Sequence record: DRR723986_16569
DNA length: 38,097 bases
Direction: 5' to 3' (one strand)
In this document: positions 36,894 through 38,097 of the stretch, in pieces
How the letters are laid out: each line of letters opens with the position of its first letter
Numbering within the stretch: the stretch's first letter is position 1
The notes under the pieces: model-generated
Databases searched by the model: none
Told to the model about the DNA's origin: nothing
The model's input: the letters and a program-made list of their open reading frames with translations, nothing else
Made by a program: the position numbers and the translations under genes

Positions 36894-37772
36894 GTGAAGC
36901 ATTTAAAAGGCCTTTTATTAATTGGATTGATTGTGATTTCAACTGTTGTTGATGGACAACGCTATTCGTATAAAAAAAAATTTGGGACTCAAAAAAATAC
37001 AGTCTATTTCTATTGGGGATATAATCGATCGGGTTATACAAAAAGTAATATCAATTTTATTGGACCGCAATATAACTTCACATTAAAAAATGCTGCTGCA
37101 AAAGACCGTCCTTCTAATGACTTCAAAACATACGTTAACCCTGCTACCATTACAGTACCTCAGTTCAATGTGAGGATTGGTTGGTATTATAAACATAGGT
37201 GGGATGTTTCGGTGGGGATCGACCACATGAAGTATGTAATGCGCGATTATCAAAACTTGCTGATTAACGGCGTCATTGAAGGAACCACAAACAGTCAATT
37301 GAATGGTGTTTATACAGATGCAGATGGTAAAGTCCTGATAAGAGAAGATGACTTGCATTATGAAAATACCAATGGCTTAAATTATTGGTCTATCCAGTTA
37401 AACAATACTGCGCCAATTTATAAAACGAATAATCGAAAGTTTGCTATTCAAAGAAGATTAGGTGGTGGAATTGGTGCTATTGTTACACAAACCGATTTTA
37501 ACTGGGATGGGGAAATTTACCATACACGTCAAAAAATAGGTGGATACGGTATTTCGTTGCATTCTGGTATTCGATTTGATTTTTTCAACCATTTCTTTTT
37601 ACAAAACAATTTTTCGGGCGGGTTCGTTCACCTACCTAAAAATGCGACCATTGATGATCAAGATCATTATGTTAAACAAACTTTCTTATTCGGCCAATGG
37701 GAAATAGTTGGTGGATTCTTGTTTTATCTAAGAACTAAGAATGGCTGTGACACCTGTCCGGATTGGCATTAG
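36894..37772 (+). CDS. Putative outer-membrane beta-barrel protein
   Basis: GTG start and signal peptide; YFYWGYNRS, PQFNVRIGWY, DHMKYV, YENTNGLN; amphipathic strands; TAATTTTG box at 36838-36845. Confidence 0.72.
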   Translation: MKHLKGLLLIGLIVISTVVDGQRYSYKKKFGTQKNTVYFYWGYNRSGYTKSNINFIGPQYNFTLKNAAAKDRPSNDFKTYVNPATITVPQFNVRIGWYYKHRWDVSVGIDHMKYVMRDYQNLLINGVIEGTTNSQLNGVYTDADGKVLIREDDLHYENTNGLNYWSIQLNNTAPIYKTNNRKFAIQRRLGGGIGAIVTQTDFNWDGEIYHTRQKIGGYGISLHSGIRFDFFNHFFLQNNFSGGFVHLPKNATIDDQDHYVKQTFLFGQWEIVGGFLFYLRTKNGCDTCPDWH

Positions 37773-37840
37773 GTTTCGGGCGTTAGGAGGCTTTTAGAAG
37801 CCCTTTCAATTCATTCAAAAACTGATAATTTTTTCATCTC

Positions 37841-38097
37841 TTGGCTTCGTTCGCGTCTATGGCTGCGCCATGCCGCTGTTCGTTCGGCTTTTCGACTCGG
37901 CTCTGCCGATTCTTAAGCCTGTTCGTGCGTTCAAAGTTCGACTACGGCAAACTTTTCTCTGTTCGTTTTACTTTTTGCAAGACGATTCGAACAGAGAATC
38001 AAATTGGCAAAGCCGGTTTGATGAACGCACGAACAGGCTTTAATCACGCATTAAGTGTGATGCAAAGCCGAACGAACAGCTCCGCGAAGCTGGAGCG
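37841..38097. repeat. GC-rich nested inverted-repeat element with side hairpins, truncated by the window end
   Basis: Perfect stems 37875-37891/38064-38080 (17 bp), 37915-37933/38022-38040 (19 bp) and 37955-37965/37988-37998 (11 bp). Confidence 0.85.

Noticed and set aside
971-37358. Numerous 60-106 aa ORFs antisense to or out of frame within long genes (e.g. 971-1225, 11532-11738, 21124-21444, 23182-23499, 32182-32481, 37083-37358)
   Set aside because: They lie inside well-supported genes, often use non-ATG starts and show no recognisable motifs, so they are treated as shadow ORFs.
37841-38097. tRNA or CRISPR interpretation of the GTTCG-rich region
   Set aside because: The GTTCG motifs sit in long-range stems, not T-loops. 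There is no cloverleaf and no direct repeat-spacer periodicity.

Overview
AT-rich Bacteroidota chromosomal segment, most consistent with Flavobacteriales (possibly Crocinitomicaceae-like). The assignment rests on T9SS C-terminal domains, TAnnTTTG promoter boxes, many lipoproteins and a type 2 IleRS. It holds about 32 protein genes. I see no rRNA, tRNA, CRISPR array, transposase or prophage. Housekeeping-type genes are kbl, ileS, ndh, yraN, an AlkD-family glycosylase and a GT2 plus ArnT-like pair. Four things stand out. (1) A translationally coupled minus-strand operon at 8142-737: a tandem TIR/flavodoxin-like protein, a membrane-anchored nSTAND1 NTPase with a predicted periplasmic coiled coil and WD40, a TPR-like plus PorT-like outer-membrane barrel, a beta-rich lipoprotein and a sensor-less coiled-coil PP2C phosphatase. 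It looks like a candidate trans-envelope STAND signalling system. (2) A four-gene DUF6620-like / Zn-ribbon / Zn-finger / SPFH(YdjI)-SHOCT operon resembling a PspA-less envelope-stress module. (3) Two GC-rich nested inverted-repeat elements (20844-20999 and 37841 to the window end) that share GTTCG/CGAAC and GGCTGCGCC motifs. (4) An IleRS with the swapped GIHH signature. All family assignments come from motif recognition by eye; no database search was run.
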